Shown here: positions 1 to 11,689 of the stretch, piece after piece
Layout: every line of letters starts with the position of its first letter
Numbering within the stretch: the first letter of the stretch is position 1
Source of the DNA: Tubiluchus corallicola
Taxonomy: Eukaryota > Animalia > Priapulida
Reading direction: 5' to 3'
Assembly (NCBI GenBank): GCA_030141605.1
Contig: JAQGDQ010000398.1
Span: 149,415-213,414 of the forward strand
DNA: 64,000 nt
The notes under the pieces: model-generated
Told to the model about the DNA's origin: nothing
What the model saw: only the letters and a program-made list of their open reading frames with translations
Databases searched by the model: none
Program-made: the position numbers and the translations under genes

Positions 1-68
1 ATGCCGTGTTAGCTATAGTCTAGCATTGCAAGTGTTTTCAGGTTAACTGAATGTCGTTTCCTTTGCAG

Positions 69-161
69 TGGTTTGCTAGTGGGTTATCTAACACTGAAAG
101 AGATGAGCAAAAATAATGGGAAGATTTTCTGGCCGATGTATTACTTTCATAGATTCTGGAG
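69..161 (+). CDS. nrf-6: NRF-6-like exon (GLLVGYLTLKEMSKNNGKIFWPMYYFHRFWR)
   Basis: tttgcAG acceptor 67-68, GTaaaa donor at 162; open frame with SGLL..Y and HRFWR motifs. Confidence 0.9.
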
Positions 162-3100
162 GTAAAATTATTAGGCTTATTTTGAATTCTAGACTCCTTT
201 TGTAGTACGTTAAGTATTTTACCTGACGTATCTGTAAAGAAATTCTGAACATTGTGTTCTCTTTGTGTGCGTAGTCATTTATTTGTATTATTTTTATATT
301 AAATCTTTCTTTTTCCACACTTGCACCAGTTTTACGCTCATGAAATTATGTATATGGTGACATATTTTGCGTTTGCCATTTTTTCGATTTTACTAGCCAC
401 GTGTAATAGAATTTACATCATAGCAGTACGTTTTCTAGAGTTTCGGCTTTGTGTAATATGCATTTGGAAATCTGAACGATCATATTTGTGTAACATGGCT
501 AAGTAAATATTACTGTAATGATTTTACATTTTAGGTTGACACCAGTGTATATGCTGCTTCTAATGGTTGATGTATGCTTGATACGTTATGTGGCTAATGG
601 CCCCATGTGGCCTAAGAATGGTTTTGAAAAAGACTTCTGTGTTACAACATGGTGGACTAACCTTCTTTATATCAACAATCTTTATAAATATGATGAAATG
701 GTATGCCTTTTAAGTTATTCTGTATAGTAGCTATGTTTGTACATCTTTGGCATTTCATTTTAAGTTAGGTAAATGATCGTATGTTGGAGTTGTGGAAAGT
801 GTTAAACAAGTACAGTGGCTATGTTTGTACATCTTTGGCATTTCATTTTAAGTTAGGTAAATGATCATATGTCAGAGTTGTGGAAAGTGTTAAACAAGTA
901 CAGTGGCTATGTTTGTACGTCTTTTGGCGTTTCATTTTAAGTTAGGTAAATGATCGTATGTCGGAGTTATGGAAAGTGTTAAACAAGTACAGTGGCTATG
1001 TTTGTACATCTTTGGCATTTCATTGTAAGTTAGGTAAATGATCGTATGTCGGAGTTATGGAAAGTGTTAAACAAGTACAGTGGCTATGTTTGTACATCTT
1101 TGGCATTTCATTTTAAGTTAGGTAAATGATCGTATGTCAGAGTTATGGAAAGTGTTAAACAAGTACAGTGGCTATGTTTGTATGTCTTTGGCTTTTCATT
1201 TTAAGTTAGGTAAATGATCGTATTTCGGAGTTGTGGAAAGTGTTAAACAAGTACAGTGGCTATGTTTGTATGTCTTTGGCTTTTCATTTTAAGTTAGGTA
1301 AATGATCGCATGTCAGAGTTGTGGAAAGTGTTAAACAAGTACAGTGGCTATGTTTGTACATCTTTGGCATTTCATTTTAAGTTAGGTAAATGATCGTATG
1401 TCGGAGTTGTGGAAAGTGTTAAACAAGTACAGTGGCTATGTTTGTACATCTTTGACTTTTCATTTTAAGTTAGGTAAATGATCGTATGTCAGAGTTGTGG
1501 AAAGTGTTAAACAAGTACAGTGGCTATGTTTGTACATCTTTGGCATTTCATTGTAAGTTAGGTAAATGATCGTATGTCAGAGTTGTGGAAAGTGTTAAAC
1601 AAGTACAGTGGCTATGTTTGTACATCTTTGGCATTTCATTTTAAGTTAGGTAAATGATCGTATGTCGGAGTTGTGGAAAGTGTTAAACAAGTACAGTGGC
1701 TATGTTTGTACATCTTTGACTTTTCATTTTAAGTTAGGTAAATGATCATATGTCGGAGTTGTGGAAAGTGTTAAACAAGTACAGTGGCTATGTTTGTATG
1801 TCTTTGGCTTTTCATTTTAAGTTAGGTAAATGATCGTATGTCAGAGTTGTGGAAAGTGTTAAACAAGTACAGTGGCTATGTTTGTACATCTTTGGCATTT
1901 CATTTTAAGTTAGGTAAATGATCATATGTCGGAGTTGTGGAAAGTGTTAAACAAGTACAGTGGCTATGTTTGTACATCTTTGGCATTTCATTTTAAGTTA
2001 GGTAAATGATCATATGTCAGAGTTGTGGAAAGTATTAAACAAGTACAGTGGCTATGTTTGTACATCTTTGGCATTTCATTTTAAGTTAGGTAAATGATCG
2101 TATGTCAGACTTGTGGAAAGTGTTAAACAAGTACAGTGGCTATGTTTGTACATCTTTGGCATTTCATTTTAATGACCTGCTACCTAGTTTTAGTTAAGAT
2201 GCTACTTAAATAATTTTAAAAAGCAACACGCCACAAAATACGTGTCAGTGTGGATGTGGGTAAAACAAAGAATATTATGTAGTGCTAAATGTGGGCCTAA
2301 CTGTTGTTTAATGGAGTTTTGAACTTGCATCATAATTGTGCGTGCCTTGTTTAAATTTGGAGAGAATGATATACTAGCCGGCGAAAGTACATGCATGTTA
2401 ATTAGTAAAACAAAGTCGAATTAAATGTTTCAGAACTGGGCTAAAGTTTACAATTCCCCGCACACAAGAAATTAGTTCGTGAAATGAATTAGGGTTAGGG
2501 TTAGATTTAGGTTAGGGATAGAGTTAGGGTATTTAAATTGTGTGAGGAATTGTGAACTCCTTTTCAAAAGAAGCATTCTACATAGGAGAATAAAATAATG
2601 ACAAAGTCATCATGCTTAATTCTCAGTAATTTCATGATTTTGAATTAATGAGTAATTGAAAAAAACAGACATGTAACATTAATTTTTCATTAGATACTGC
2701 AATTTTGTTCAGCTGTTGTAGCATATTAGAGTTGAGCTCAAGTGAAACATAATCATTGTCATTATTGTATTGCAGTGTATGGGATGGAGTTGGTATCTTT
2801 CAAATGACATGCAGTTTTTCATCCTCAGTCCACTTGTACTAGTGCCGTTATACAAGTAAGTACAAGACAATATTACAAATGCTTTAAAGGCTGTTGTGTG
2901 CTTGCTTTTGTTGTTATGACAAAACTCAGACAGCTATGACAGCTGCAGAGATTTGCTAAATGCCACCATGCTATAAAAGGCTACAATAATTAACAACAAA
3001 CAACAGAAGCTACAAAACAACATACTGTTTCAATGGAAGCTGCTAGGTTTAACAGATAAACATAAGAGCCTACTGTACATAAAAAATAACGTGCAGAAGC

Positions 3101-6100
3101 CACTACATTTAACAGCATACAATATCCAACGACAAAACCTGGCTGGTGCAACAACAAGCTACAGATGCTACAAGGTGCAAAAAATAAACAACAGTGGCTA
3201 TAATACTTAAAGACAAACCATATGCATTGTTATGAGAATCCACAGACTTTGATTTCATTTAAAATCACAAAAAATTAAAATCTTACTTTTAATTTATTGT
3301 TATAAATGGGATTTTTTGCTGATTAAAACACTTCAATTTGTGATCCTTTATTAGAACAGTACTGCTATTAAAAACATAAAAAAGATCTTTCACTCTCAAA
3401 ATTCAAATTCAGAAATTATATTTAAAATCAATGAATGTGAGCAGTGTTAATTGTATAGCAGTAGTAACTAGGCACTGTCCTTGATGGTTTCTCAGAAGAC
3501 TTTTTTCACAGAAAAAACATTACCCAGAAAAAATGCGTCAGAAAATATTTTTCTTAGAAAGCACATTTCGCACATTTCACAAAAAAAGTATTTCCCAGAA
3601 ACATTTTTTAACAGAAAAAGTGCAATTGCATTTTTAGTTGCAAAATCTGCTATTTTAGTAGGCTAATTAATAAACAATTTAGAAAATAAAAGCTCCGAGC
3701 CTTATGTTGCAATCTAAATTTGCCCAATAAATTATGCTCCTTCACAAGATTTTGTACCTTTTCTTTTATGGCAGGACTGGATCCTAGTTCATTTTTAAAA
3801 TAATTGTCTAACTGTGCTTTAAAAAAGGATTTGTTACATTTTCTGTGAATTTTATTTTCTGGGAAATGATGGTTCTGAGAAAAAATTTCTATGAAATTGC
3901 TATTCTGGGATAAATATTTTCTGGGAAGTAAATTTTTCTGGCAAAAAACTTTTCTACGAAGTTTTTTGTTGGGGGAAAAATTTTCTGGCAAAAGTCTTTT
4001 CTGGGAAAAAGCCCCTCTGGGAAACGAGTCTACCCCGTCCTTGTCACTGTGAGACTTGACTATCCAATTCATTCTTTTGACCAGGCCATTGTTCAATCAT
4101 ACATCAAAACCACTAAATTCACTTAGTTATTAAATGTCTTTTAAATTAGGTATTGTATATGTTTGTCACGCGATTATTGCCAAATTCTTTAGCAGTAGAT
4201 TAGTAACGTAAATAAACATTGTGTATGAACTGCGCATGACAGTTACTAAGCAGTCATTTGCACGGCAGTCACACGCATACGTTAGTGATGCTGCACGGTG
4301 GTGTGCGTCTACTGTTGAAATCAGGATTTGGGATTATTGGCATCTATTTTGTTTTCATACTGTAAGAATTATTACCAAAATGGTAGTTAATCGCGAAACT
4401 TTTCGTATTCGCAAAAGAGCTTATTATGTGCACAGATTTAAAGGATTCGCATCAGTAATGAGTCCTGAATTTAGTATGCTGCAGAGCGGTGTTCAGTACT
4501 CTCAGTACCACGCAGGTTCAGTACTCTCAGTACTACGCAGGTTCAGTACTCTCAGTACTATGCAGCTTCAGTAATCTTGAGTACTATGCAGGCTCAGTAC
4601 TCTCAGTACTACTCAGGTTCAGTACTCTTGAGTACTACACAGGTTCAGTACTCTCAGTACTATTCAGATTCAGTACTCTGTGTACTACGCAGGTTCAGTA
4701 CTCTCAGTACTGATCAGGTTCAGTACTCTCTGTACTACGCAGGTTCAGTACGCTCAGTACTGATCAGGTTCAGTTCTCTTGAGTACTACACAGGTTCAGT
4801 ACTCTCAGTACTACTCAGGTTCAGTACTCTCAGTACCACACAGGTTTAGTACTCTCAGTACCACACAGGTTTAGTACTCTCAGTACCACAGATGAACCTC
4901 CATAAGAGATTTTCCAGAATTATTAACCTAGTCAAGTGTTGACTGCCTTTGGTTGCTAAGCACACACTAATAAAACTTACCTATTAATTTTGCTGTGATT
5001 ATTTCTATTTTCAGATCAGCTGTAGCTGGACTTGTTATTATAATGGTGCTGATGCTGGGATGTTGCCTTTCTGCCGGTCTTACAACATCATTACTGAGTC
5101 TGCCGTCGAATCTTGCTGGGTAAGTGATGTACGGTACAGGCAGGTCTAGAACTTCTTCTGCTCATGCATGCAGGTGTGGAAAGTTTGCATCATGAGTACA
5201 CACATGCGGCAAGTTTGTTGATAACTTTATGCCATCTTTCATATCTCGGTTGAAATGGAATGCACACCTTTTATGTCAAAGATGATTGTATTTACATCAT
5301 TTCAGTGCTGATTTTCTAGAGTAATCAGTATATAAGTGTACAGAAATTTTGAAAGTGTGCTTTGTATCAATGATAACACTGAACAGTGAGCATTATTAAC
5401 AGGGTGCATAGGATTATGGATATGTATAAAATAAATAAAATAGCTTATTTTATGGATTTTTGAAATTTTATTTTATTGATATCAATAAAATAAAAAATAG
5501 ACTATATCTGGAACGAGATGCCCAGGGGGAAAACAATTAAACAGTAAAAACAGGAAGCTTGAAACGTGTTTTTAAACACACAGGACTTAGTTTTAATTTT
5601 ATCGGTTTCATATCACTTCAAATTTAATCAAATTTTACGAGACAATGGCAAGGTCTCTCTCAGTTATTTTCAGACCGAACTCCAGCTTATGCTTTGGTTG
5701 AAACTTTGCCATCTTGATAACAAAAAGACAATGAGAAAAAAAAACAATGTAAAATAGCAAATCCGGAAATGCGCTTTTGTTGGTTTGTTTTCTTTCTCTT
5801 TCGCTCCTTCTAACGTTCGTTTTCAGTGTTGCCAATGCTTACAACTCGTTACTTTGTACAAAAAAATCACAAAAAAAAAATATATTTTTTATTTTATGCA
5901 TTTCTTATTTTATGGATTTTTCAAATTTTATTTTATGGATTTTTGGTCTTATTTTATGAATATCCATAATCTTATGCAGCCTGATTATTAACCACTGTAA
6001 CTGAAGTAGTTAACAGTGCACTCTAACCTTCGTTAAAAGTGAAAATCCTACTGCAGTGGTTGACAATGCTCCCTGTTCACTGGTCAAGTTTAGCAAACAA

Positions 6101-9100
6101 AGGCAGATTAACCATTAGGCTATTTAGTATACAACCTTTTAAGATCATTTTTAACAGGATCACAAAATTATTAATCATAACTGAACTTGCTAAAGACAAG
6201 TATATTAAAACCCTGCATATATATTTTTTTCTTTTTCTATTGTGAAAATATCAGTTTTGCTATTGCAACTTTAAAGTGTTTTTTTACTTTTAGATAATTA
6301 ATTGTTTTTCAGTGGCAATGTTATGGACCCTAATGCATTTATGCAGATGTTTGATTGGGTGTACATAAAACCATGGAGTCGTTCGTCACCTTATTTAGTT
6401 GGCCTGCTGGTTGGGTACTTGCTGTTTAAAACCAATTGTCGGATTCGATTAAAAACGGTCAGTAATTCAGCTAAAGCTTCGGGGATGTGATTAACGCCTC
6501 TTGATCAAGCATAACATTGTAGACACGGGAGGATGTGTGCCCTTTCTTATATTGCAAAAAAGGCTGACAAACACAATTTTAATGAAGAATGCTCACCAGT
6601 TTTCAGATAATTTTTACCCTCTCAAGGGGGTTATTTTTTCATCGCCATTTGTGTGTTTTGACAATTCTTGGCAGTTAGTTTGCTGACTCACTTGAGACTA
6701 AAACTTTGCCTGCAAAAGTTACATTAAAATTTACAATTGTTTTGTGCGTACCTACGAGCTTGGTTGATGCACAGTACCACTTGCATACAATTTTGTCAAA
6801 AGAACTAAACCGTTAGCTTAATTTGAACACTTCTTACATAGTAAAAGTCTTCTGAAAGTCAGTTTTACATTTACCTGTTGGTTTCGGTTTAACGTGTTCT
6901 GCTGACAACTAAATTCTCATCTTGAAACTGCAGATTGCATATTTTTATTGTACTTATGATTGATTTTGCTTAGGAAGAAGGAAAAATGAACTAGGTAACG
7001 TTCTAGTTAGCTGTCAAAACTGTTGCTGTTACAATAGCATGGGCTGCGAGGCGTTGTCAAGTCTAAACAAATGCGTTGTCTGGTACACTTAACCATTGAC
7101 TTTTTCACGATCAATTCTATCATCAATCACTGGAACTCCGAAAAAGTTTATTCAGAGCATCATAAAACTCATCTAATTAATTCTGTTTCTGTGTGTAAAA
7201 TGTTGCAAAAATACCAAGAAAGTGACAACATATTCTCTACATTAATGGTTTTAGTGGCTTTCATTCTGTTCCTGCAAATGTTGTTTGCCCCATTGTTGCT
7301 GTGAATTTTTGTATTACTTTGTAGGTGACAGTTATTGTGGGATGGATACTCGCTGCATTCATCAATCTGTCTATACTTTATGCATTCTATGGCACCTACG
7401 ATTCAGATAAAGCTTGGAGTGACTCGCTAAATGGTTTTTACGCTGGCGTTTCTAGAATGGGCTGGAGCATTGGAGTAGCTTGGGTCATCTTTGCTTGTGT
7501 CACTGGATATGGGGGTATTTTTAACTGCTCTGCTTTGCTTTCAATTGTCGAGACTTGTATGACCGCATGACATATTGAAAAAGTGAAACTTTAATGTTCC
7601 AACTCTGATCCTAACGCCAACCTAAATCTAAACTGACTGTTGTAGCACCCCTGGTGGAATGTGTACACTGCTGTGACAGACAAATTTGCACAGGGCTCCT
7701 CGTTGATAAATTTTGAAAATTGTGATTATTAAGTTACTTATTTTGTGTTCTTCAGGTTTTGTGAACACTATTTTGTCTTGGGGCGCTTTGATACCTCTGA
7801 GTCGTCTAACATACTGTGCGTATCTTATTCATCCTATGATAATGTTCGCATTCTACTTCAGTCGCCGACAGATGATGCATTGGTCTTCACATATGGAACT
7901 GGTAAGTTTGCTTCTTTCGTTGGTCTGTATTTTTTTCTACAAGGCTGACCACTTTAAACACGTCAGAATCATTTCACCCACTTTGTCCAAGTATTACACG
8001 ACTTGACGAAAACTCAGTTTTCATTTCTAGTAATGGAATATTTAGTTGCTCTTTATTTATTGGTAATGTTTTTATACAATCGCCTAAACAGGGTTCGTGG
8101 CCACTCAAGTTAAGAGGCAGGAAAGCGGCAATGTAGATACAGATCCACAAAGAAATCTTATAACAAATTTGTTAGTGATAGGAGGTCACTGTTTACCTTT
8201 TTTCTGAAAGGAAGTAAGGTAGTAGCCAATAATAAAGCAATTTGTGATAAAGAATTCCACAAATAACAGTCACTAGTAAAAATTGCATTAGACAAATGTC
8301 CTCCATCCAGCAATGTTCAGAGAAAATGTGCAGGGCAAATAGATGAGAAGCAGCAGCAAAATCAGTGCTACAGCTAAACGGTTGATGTTTGGGGAGAGAG
8401 AATACTGAAACATTTATTTATGAAAATATAACTAAAGAAGGTAGACTTCAAGAGAAAGTAGCTTCAGTTTTTCAATGAGGAAGAAATTGCAAGTTTGACT
8501 CCAAGAAGGACTCAGTCAGATTGATAACATCTGTAAGTAACTTTTTCAATCTAAAATTGGATCACAAATCATGGCCAAACGAGCAAATAAGTGAAACACC
8601 AATACAGCGGGTGGCACAGAAAAGATGTGCCGAAGTTTGACAGTAAGATTAGAAGGAGGTTGCCTACAAAGTTGAAATTTTACAGTCTGGTAATGCAATA
8701 CATTAATTTTCGTTTGTGAAAATCAATCATAGCTTTACTGGTTTTTAAGTTATGGCTAAAAAGCTTTTGTACATTAAAAATTTTGTACGGCAGCAAAACA
8801 ATAAAGAAATCATCCAGTTTACATCATGGTCTTAACCGTAAAAGATAAAGCACTGGTAAAGATTTGTTATTAGGGAAAAAATGGTAACTGATCCTCTGGA
8901 CTATTTTATCTGGAGTGTAGTTTGATGTAGAGGAAATGAAGGCAAAAATTGTTGAGTGTTAAAGAAGTGAGAAGCTGTGTCAGCTGTTGGAAGAGACGCC
9001 TTCGTCTAGTTTGTAGTGACAGTGATGGACGCATAGAGCACTTGCAGTAAATTTTAACAATAGTGATATACAAAATACTATTCGGCATTTATTTTTCTGT

Positions 9101-10343
9101 CTTGCTGATGTAAAACTTCTATATCTTTGAAAGAATATAGCAGGGATGAGAATTTTCCGCGGATACGCAGTATTCCGAGTTTTTGGAAGACCAGTAGTGC
9201 CATTTTTCTGAATCGCGTAAATTCGTTGAGAAAATTTTTTAAGACCCAGTACATTATTTCACAAGCTGGCCGCTTGTTGGCAGGCCGTCACTTTGTTTAC
9301 ATCACGTACATCAGTGTAACCACGTGTGGATCTCTATGTATAAAAATATAGAATCAATTGTGCGCAGTTATTTGAGTCAATTGCAGACAGTTTTTCTATA
9401 CTTTTGCATAATAGTTGTCAGTACTTGAGCGTTGTTGAGACAATTAGGTATCATGTATCCTTGATAGTTGGATATTTTGAATTATGCACGAAACAAGGTA
9501 ACTGGTATTTTAAGTCCACTTAGAGGTTCTCTATGGCCTACGCGGCCCCCAAACCCCCGACCTGTTTCAGAGTTTTTTTGCAATTTGTTATTCTCATCCC
9601 TGATATAGGGGAATGATCAAAAAAAGTTTCACGTTTAATACATAATCATATGCAGCATAAATGTGGTAGTTTTCAAGTGATTTCGTTTTTCAATCTTGTA
9701 ATGTTGTAATCAAAACTTCAGCACTACTTTTGTACCAGCTTATGTAAAGGAGGCATTATTTAACAGTGATGACAAGACAAGGATAAAAAGGCTTATTTGT
9801 CTTTTTGCATTGATCACAACTAGCAAATCCCACTTTTACGATCACTGACGATGTTCCTACAAAGTTATAATACACGTCTAGTCAAGTAATGCAGATCATG
9901 TTTTAACAGATCATTTTTTTATCATGCGCGAGCAGAAAAATGTTATGTAATAAAAGTTATCCTTGGTGCCTTGCTTGACAGAGTCACATGACTGTTTTTC
10001 AGGTACCCATGTTTTTATTTGACAGAGTCACATGACTGTTTTTCAGGAACCAATGTTCTTATTTGACAGAGTCACATGACTGTTTCTATGTTCTTGCGTG
10101 ACGGAATCACGTGACTGTTTTTAAGGTGATGTTCTTGCTTGATAGAGTCACATGAATGTTTTTCAGGTGATGTTCTACTTGGGATTTATGGTGTTGTCCT
10201 ACATGACAGCATTTGTGGCATCACTGGCGCTAGAATCACCTCCCATGGCTCTGGAGAAGATCATATTTTCGAGACAACTTGGCAAGCGACGTCAGGAAGA
10301 TGCGACTGTACAAAGTAGTGAAACCGCTACAGTCTCCGCTTGA
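69..10343 (+). CDS. nrf-6: NRF-6-like (nose resistant to fluoxetine 6) membrane O-acyltransferase, acyltransferase-3 family; 3' eight coding exons join(69..161,535..700,2776..2855,5015..5119,6313..6457,7325..7514,7756..7901,10167..10343), 5' partial
   Basis: Spliced translation gives family motifs SGLLVGY, YFHRFWRLTPVY, WWTNLLYINN, CMGWSWYLSNDMQFFILSP, YIKPWSR, WVIFAC, PLSRLTYCAYLIHP, LESP. All introns are GT-AG with compatible phases; TGA stop at 10341-10343. The symbol denotes family, not proven orthology. Confidence 0.93.
535..700 (+). CDS. nrf-6: NRF-6-like exon (RLTPVY...WWTNLLYINN...DEM)
   Basis: ttttAG acceptor 533-534, GTatgc donor at 701; part of ORF 518..727. Confidence 0.92.
730..2171. 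repeat. 88-bp tandem minisatellite, ~16 copies, intronic
   Basis: Unit gctatgtttgtacatctttggcatttcattttaagttaggtaaatgatcgtatgtcggagttgtggaaagtgttaaacaagtacagtg recurs every 88 bp (730, 818, ...). Confidence 0.98.
2447..2558. mobile_element. Small inverted-repeat element with a TTAGGG-like core
   Basis: gtttacaattccccgcacacaa ... ttgtgtgaggaattgtgaac imperfect inverted repeats enclose ttagggttagggttagatttaggttaggg. Confidence 0.5.
2776..2855 (+). CDS. nrf-6: NRF-6-like exon (CMGWSWYLSNDMQFFILSPLVLVPLYK)
   Basis: ttgcAG acceptor 2774-2775, GTaagt donor at 2856; hallmark WYLxxDMQ motif. Confidence 0.93.
3488..4036. mobile_element. Foldback-type non-autonomous DNA element (inverted arrays of ~20-bp subrepeats; MULE/Phantom-like by inference)
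   Basis: Left arm has repeated ttcccagaaaa-like units; right arm has the reverse-complement ttttctgggaaa units ending ...ctgggaaacgagtctacccc. Confidence 0.55.
4489..4890. repeat. 25-bp tandem minisatellite, ~16 copies
   Basis: Unit aggttcagtactctcagtactacgc with 25-bp period (4514, 4539, ...). Confidence 0.97.
5015..5119 (+). CDS. nrf-6: NRF-6-like exon (transmembrane segment SAVAGLVIIMVLMLGCCLSAG...)
   Basis: ttttcAG acceptor 5013-5014, GTaagt donor at 5120; hydrophobic open frame, phases fit neighbours. Confidence 0.85.
5400..5983. mobile_element. hAT-type MITE, 584 bp, with 8-bp TSD
   Basis: ~34-bp imperfect TIR cagggtgcataggattatggatatgtataaaata / tattttatgaatatccataatcttatgcagcctg; identical ATTATTAA at 5392-5399 and 5984-5991; CAG termini with 8-bp TSD fit hAT. 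Confidence 0.85.
6313..6457 (+). CDS. nrf-6: NRF-6-like exon (YIKPWSRSSPYLVGLLVGYLL)
   Basis: tttttcAG acceptor 6311-6312, GTcagt donor at 6458; YxKPWxR motif. Confidence 0.92.
7325..7514 (+). CDS. nrf-6: NRF-6-like exon (SRMGWSIGVAWVIFACVTGYGG)
   Basis: ttgtAG acceptor 7323-7324, GTattt donor at 7515. Confidence 0.92.
7756..7901 (+). CDS. nrf-6: NRF-6-like exon (FVNTILSW..LIPLSRLTYCAYLIHP)
   Basis: ttcttcAG acceptor 7754-7755, GTaagt donor at 7902. Confidence 0.93.
8050..8600 (-). mobile_element. Decayed CR1/L2-group LINE 3' fragment
   Basis: Minus strand contains FTSDCYLWNSL (LWNSLP-type C-terminal motif) followed by a 3' UTR ending in an aataaataaa tail. Confidence 0.5.
8605..9744 (+). 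mobile_element. Internally deleted Tc1/mariner element (maT/DD37D-like) with a nested MITE
   Basis: TA-flanked degenerate TIRs (cagcgggtggcacagaaaagatgtgccgaagtttga vs reverse complement cataagctggtacaaaagtagtgctgaagttttga); transposase remnants DPLDYFIWSV and WKRRLRLVCSDSDGRIEHL. Confidence 0.75.
9141..9602. mobile_element. Non-autonomous DNA transposon (MITE), 13-bp TIR, 6-bp TSD
   Basis: Perfect TIR CAGGGATGAGAAT / ATTCTCATCCCTG; ATATAG on both sides. Confidence 0.8.
9972..10176 (+). repeat. ~44-bp degenerate tandem repeat (5 units) whose last unit supplies the terminal-exon splice acceptor
   Basis: Recurring tgacagagtcacatgactgtttttcagg-like units; the last is tgatagagtcacatgaatgtttttcAG|GTGATGTTCT. 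Confidence 0.85.
10167..10343 (+). CDS. nrf-6: NRF-6-like terminal coding exon (VMFYLGF...SLALESPPMALEKIIF...stop)
   Basis: tttttcAG acceptor 10165-10166; SLxxESP motif; TGA stop. Confidence 0.9.
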   Translation: MMFYLGFMVLSYMTAFVASLALESPPMALEKIIFSRQLGKRRQEDATVQSSETATVSA

Positions 10344-11689
10344 TGTGTTATTATATTAGAATGCATATTTTATAATTATAGCCAATTTTTTATTCTCAAG
10401 TCTCAATATCATCAAATAAATAAAAAAGGTTTTCACGGCTATTTTTTATTGAAAATGACCATTTTGTATTTATTTGATGAAAACCTGAGATTATGAACAA
10501 TAATATGTGATATATGGTGAAATATAAGTAGTTTAGACTTTTGCATTGTTAGTATTGTTGTTACTGCACCAACTGTCTTTTTGCTAACTTGCTTTGGATG
10601 GCAAATGCAACATGCACTGCCACATATTGCAACATTCCAGCTGTTTCTACTTATTTTATGGTATATAAAGTTTTAAAAAGTTGGAACAGCATTTTATAAA
10701 CTAACCGTTCACCTAACCTATTACTACAAGCAATAAGTGTAGTGAAAAATGACAAACCAGTGTAATTACGCTGCTATGAACTTGTCAAACAAATTTACTA
10801 TTTCGTGTGATAAATTTCCATTATAAGGTAGCGTTAGTTAAAGTGCATAATGCGTTGACGTGAGAATTAGATCTGCTTGAAGTGGAACAGTTATCAAATG
10901 AGATGGACGTTTTTAAAGTTCAATGTTTTCGTAATGTTTGCAGTTTTTAAGTCATTTTTGATAAAGTCAAAATTTATCTCGTACAACCATGATACGTATT
11001 GTCGATGTGGGTGGTAACTTTACTGAGCAGAGAGCACAGATTGTTACAAGTTGCTAAGCAACTGCTGAAGAGATAATTTAATGTTAAATTCTGCCTGGTT
11101 AGTATTCAGCAGGAATAATAAATTCAAGTGTAGATTCAAGAAGTTAAAAATATGTGAAAAATCTAGACGTAGAAAAAAGCAGATAACATGCTATTACTAG
11201 TGCTGTTTACAGCATTGGTGTCACCATCTATTAAGCCTATTATCGAAGTAATAAAAGTAAAGTATCTTGAAATGATATAATGATGATAATGATAAGTCCA
11301 AACTACAAAAAGGTGATTTATTTGTATGTAAGAAATAGAACCAGTTTTGTGTTAGCAAAATTTTAATGTTTCACTCCAGATGGACAGTAGAGAATCACGA
11401 TTCTTCAGGTCATTGACCACAGTTGAATGGTCAATATACAAGAGACTTATTTTTTTAATATTGTCTGATAATACTGTGTATAACCATCTGCATATTGTAA
11501 ATGGAATTTCTCCCTCTCTGTCAACTGGGTCACATATCCACCTGAAAACTTTGGTTGAATGTGAAATATACAAGAGACTTATTTTTGTTTTTAATAATTG
11601 TCTGATTTTATTGTTTATAAGTTTCTTTTGTCATCATCATCTGTGGAGTCACACGTCCTGTGACATGACCTTTGCTATCACTTCATAGA

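Noticed and set aside
3481-4096. Lys/Phe-rich ORFs
   Set aside because: Translations of the foldback element subrepeats inside an intron.
4221-4849. ORFs in the 25-bp repeat
   Set aside because: Artefacts of a stop-poor tandem repeat within an intron.
730-4890. CRISPR-like arrays in the 88-bp and 25-bp repeats
   Set aside because: No variable spacers; intronic eukaryotic context.
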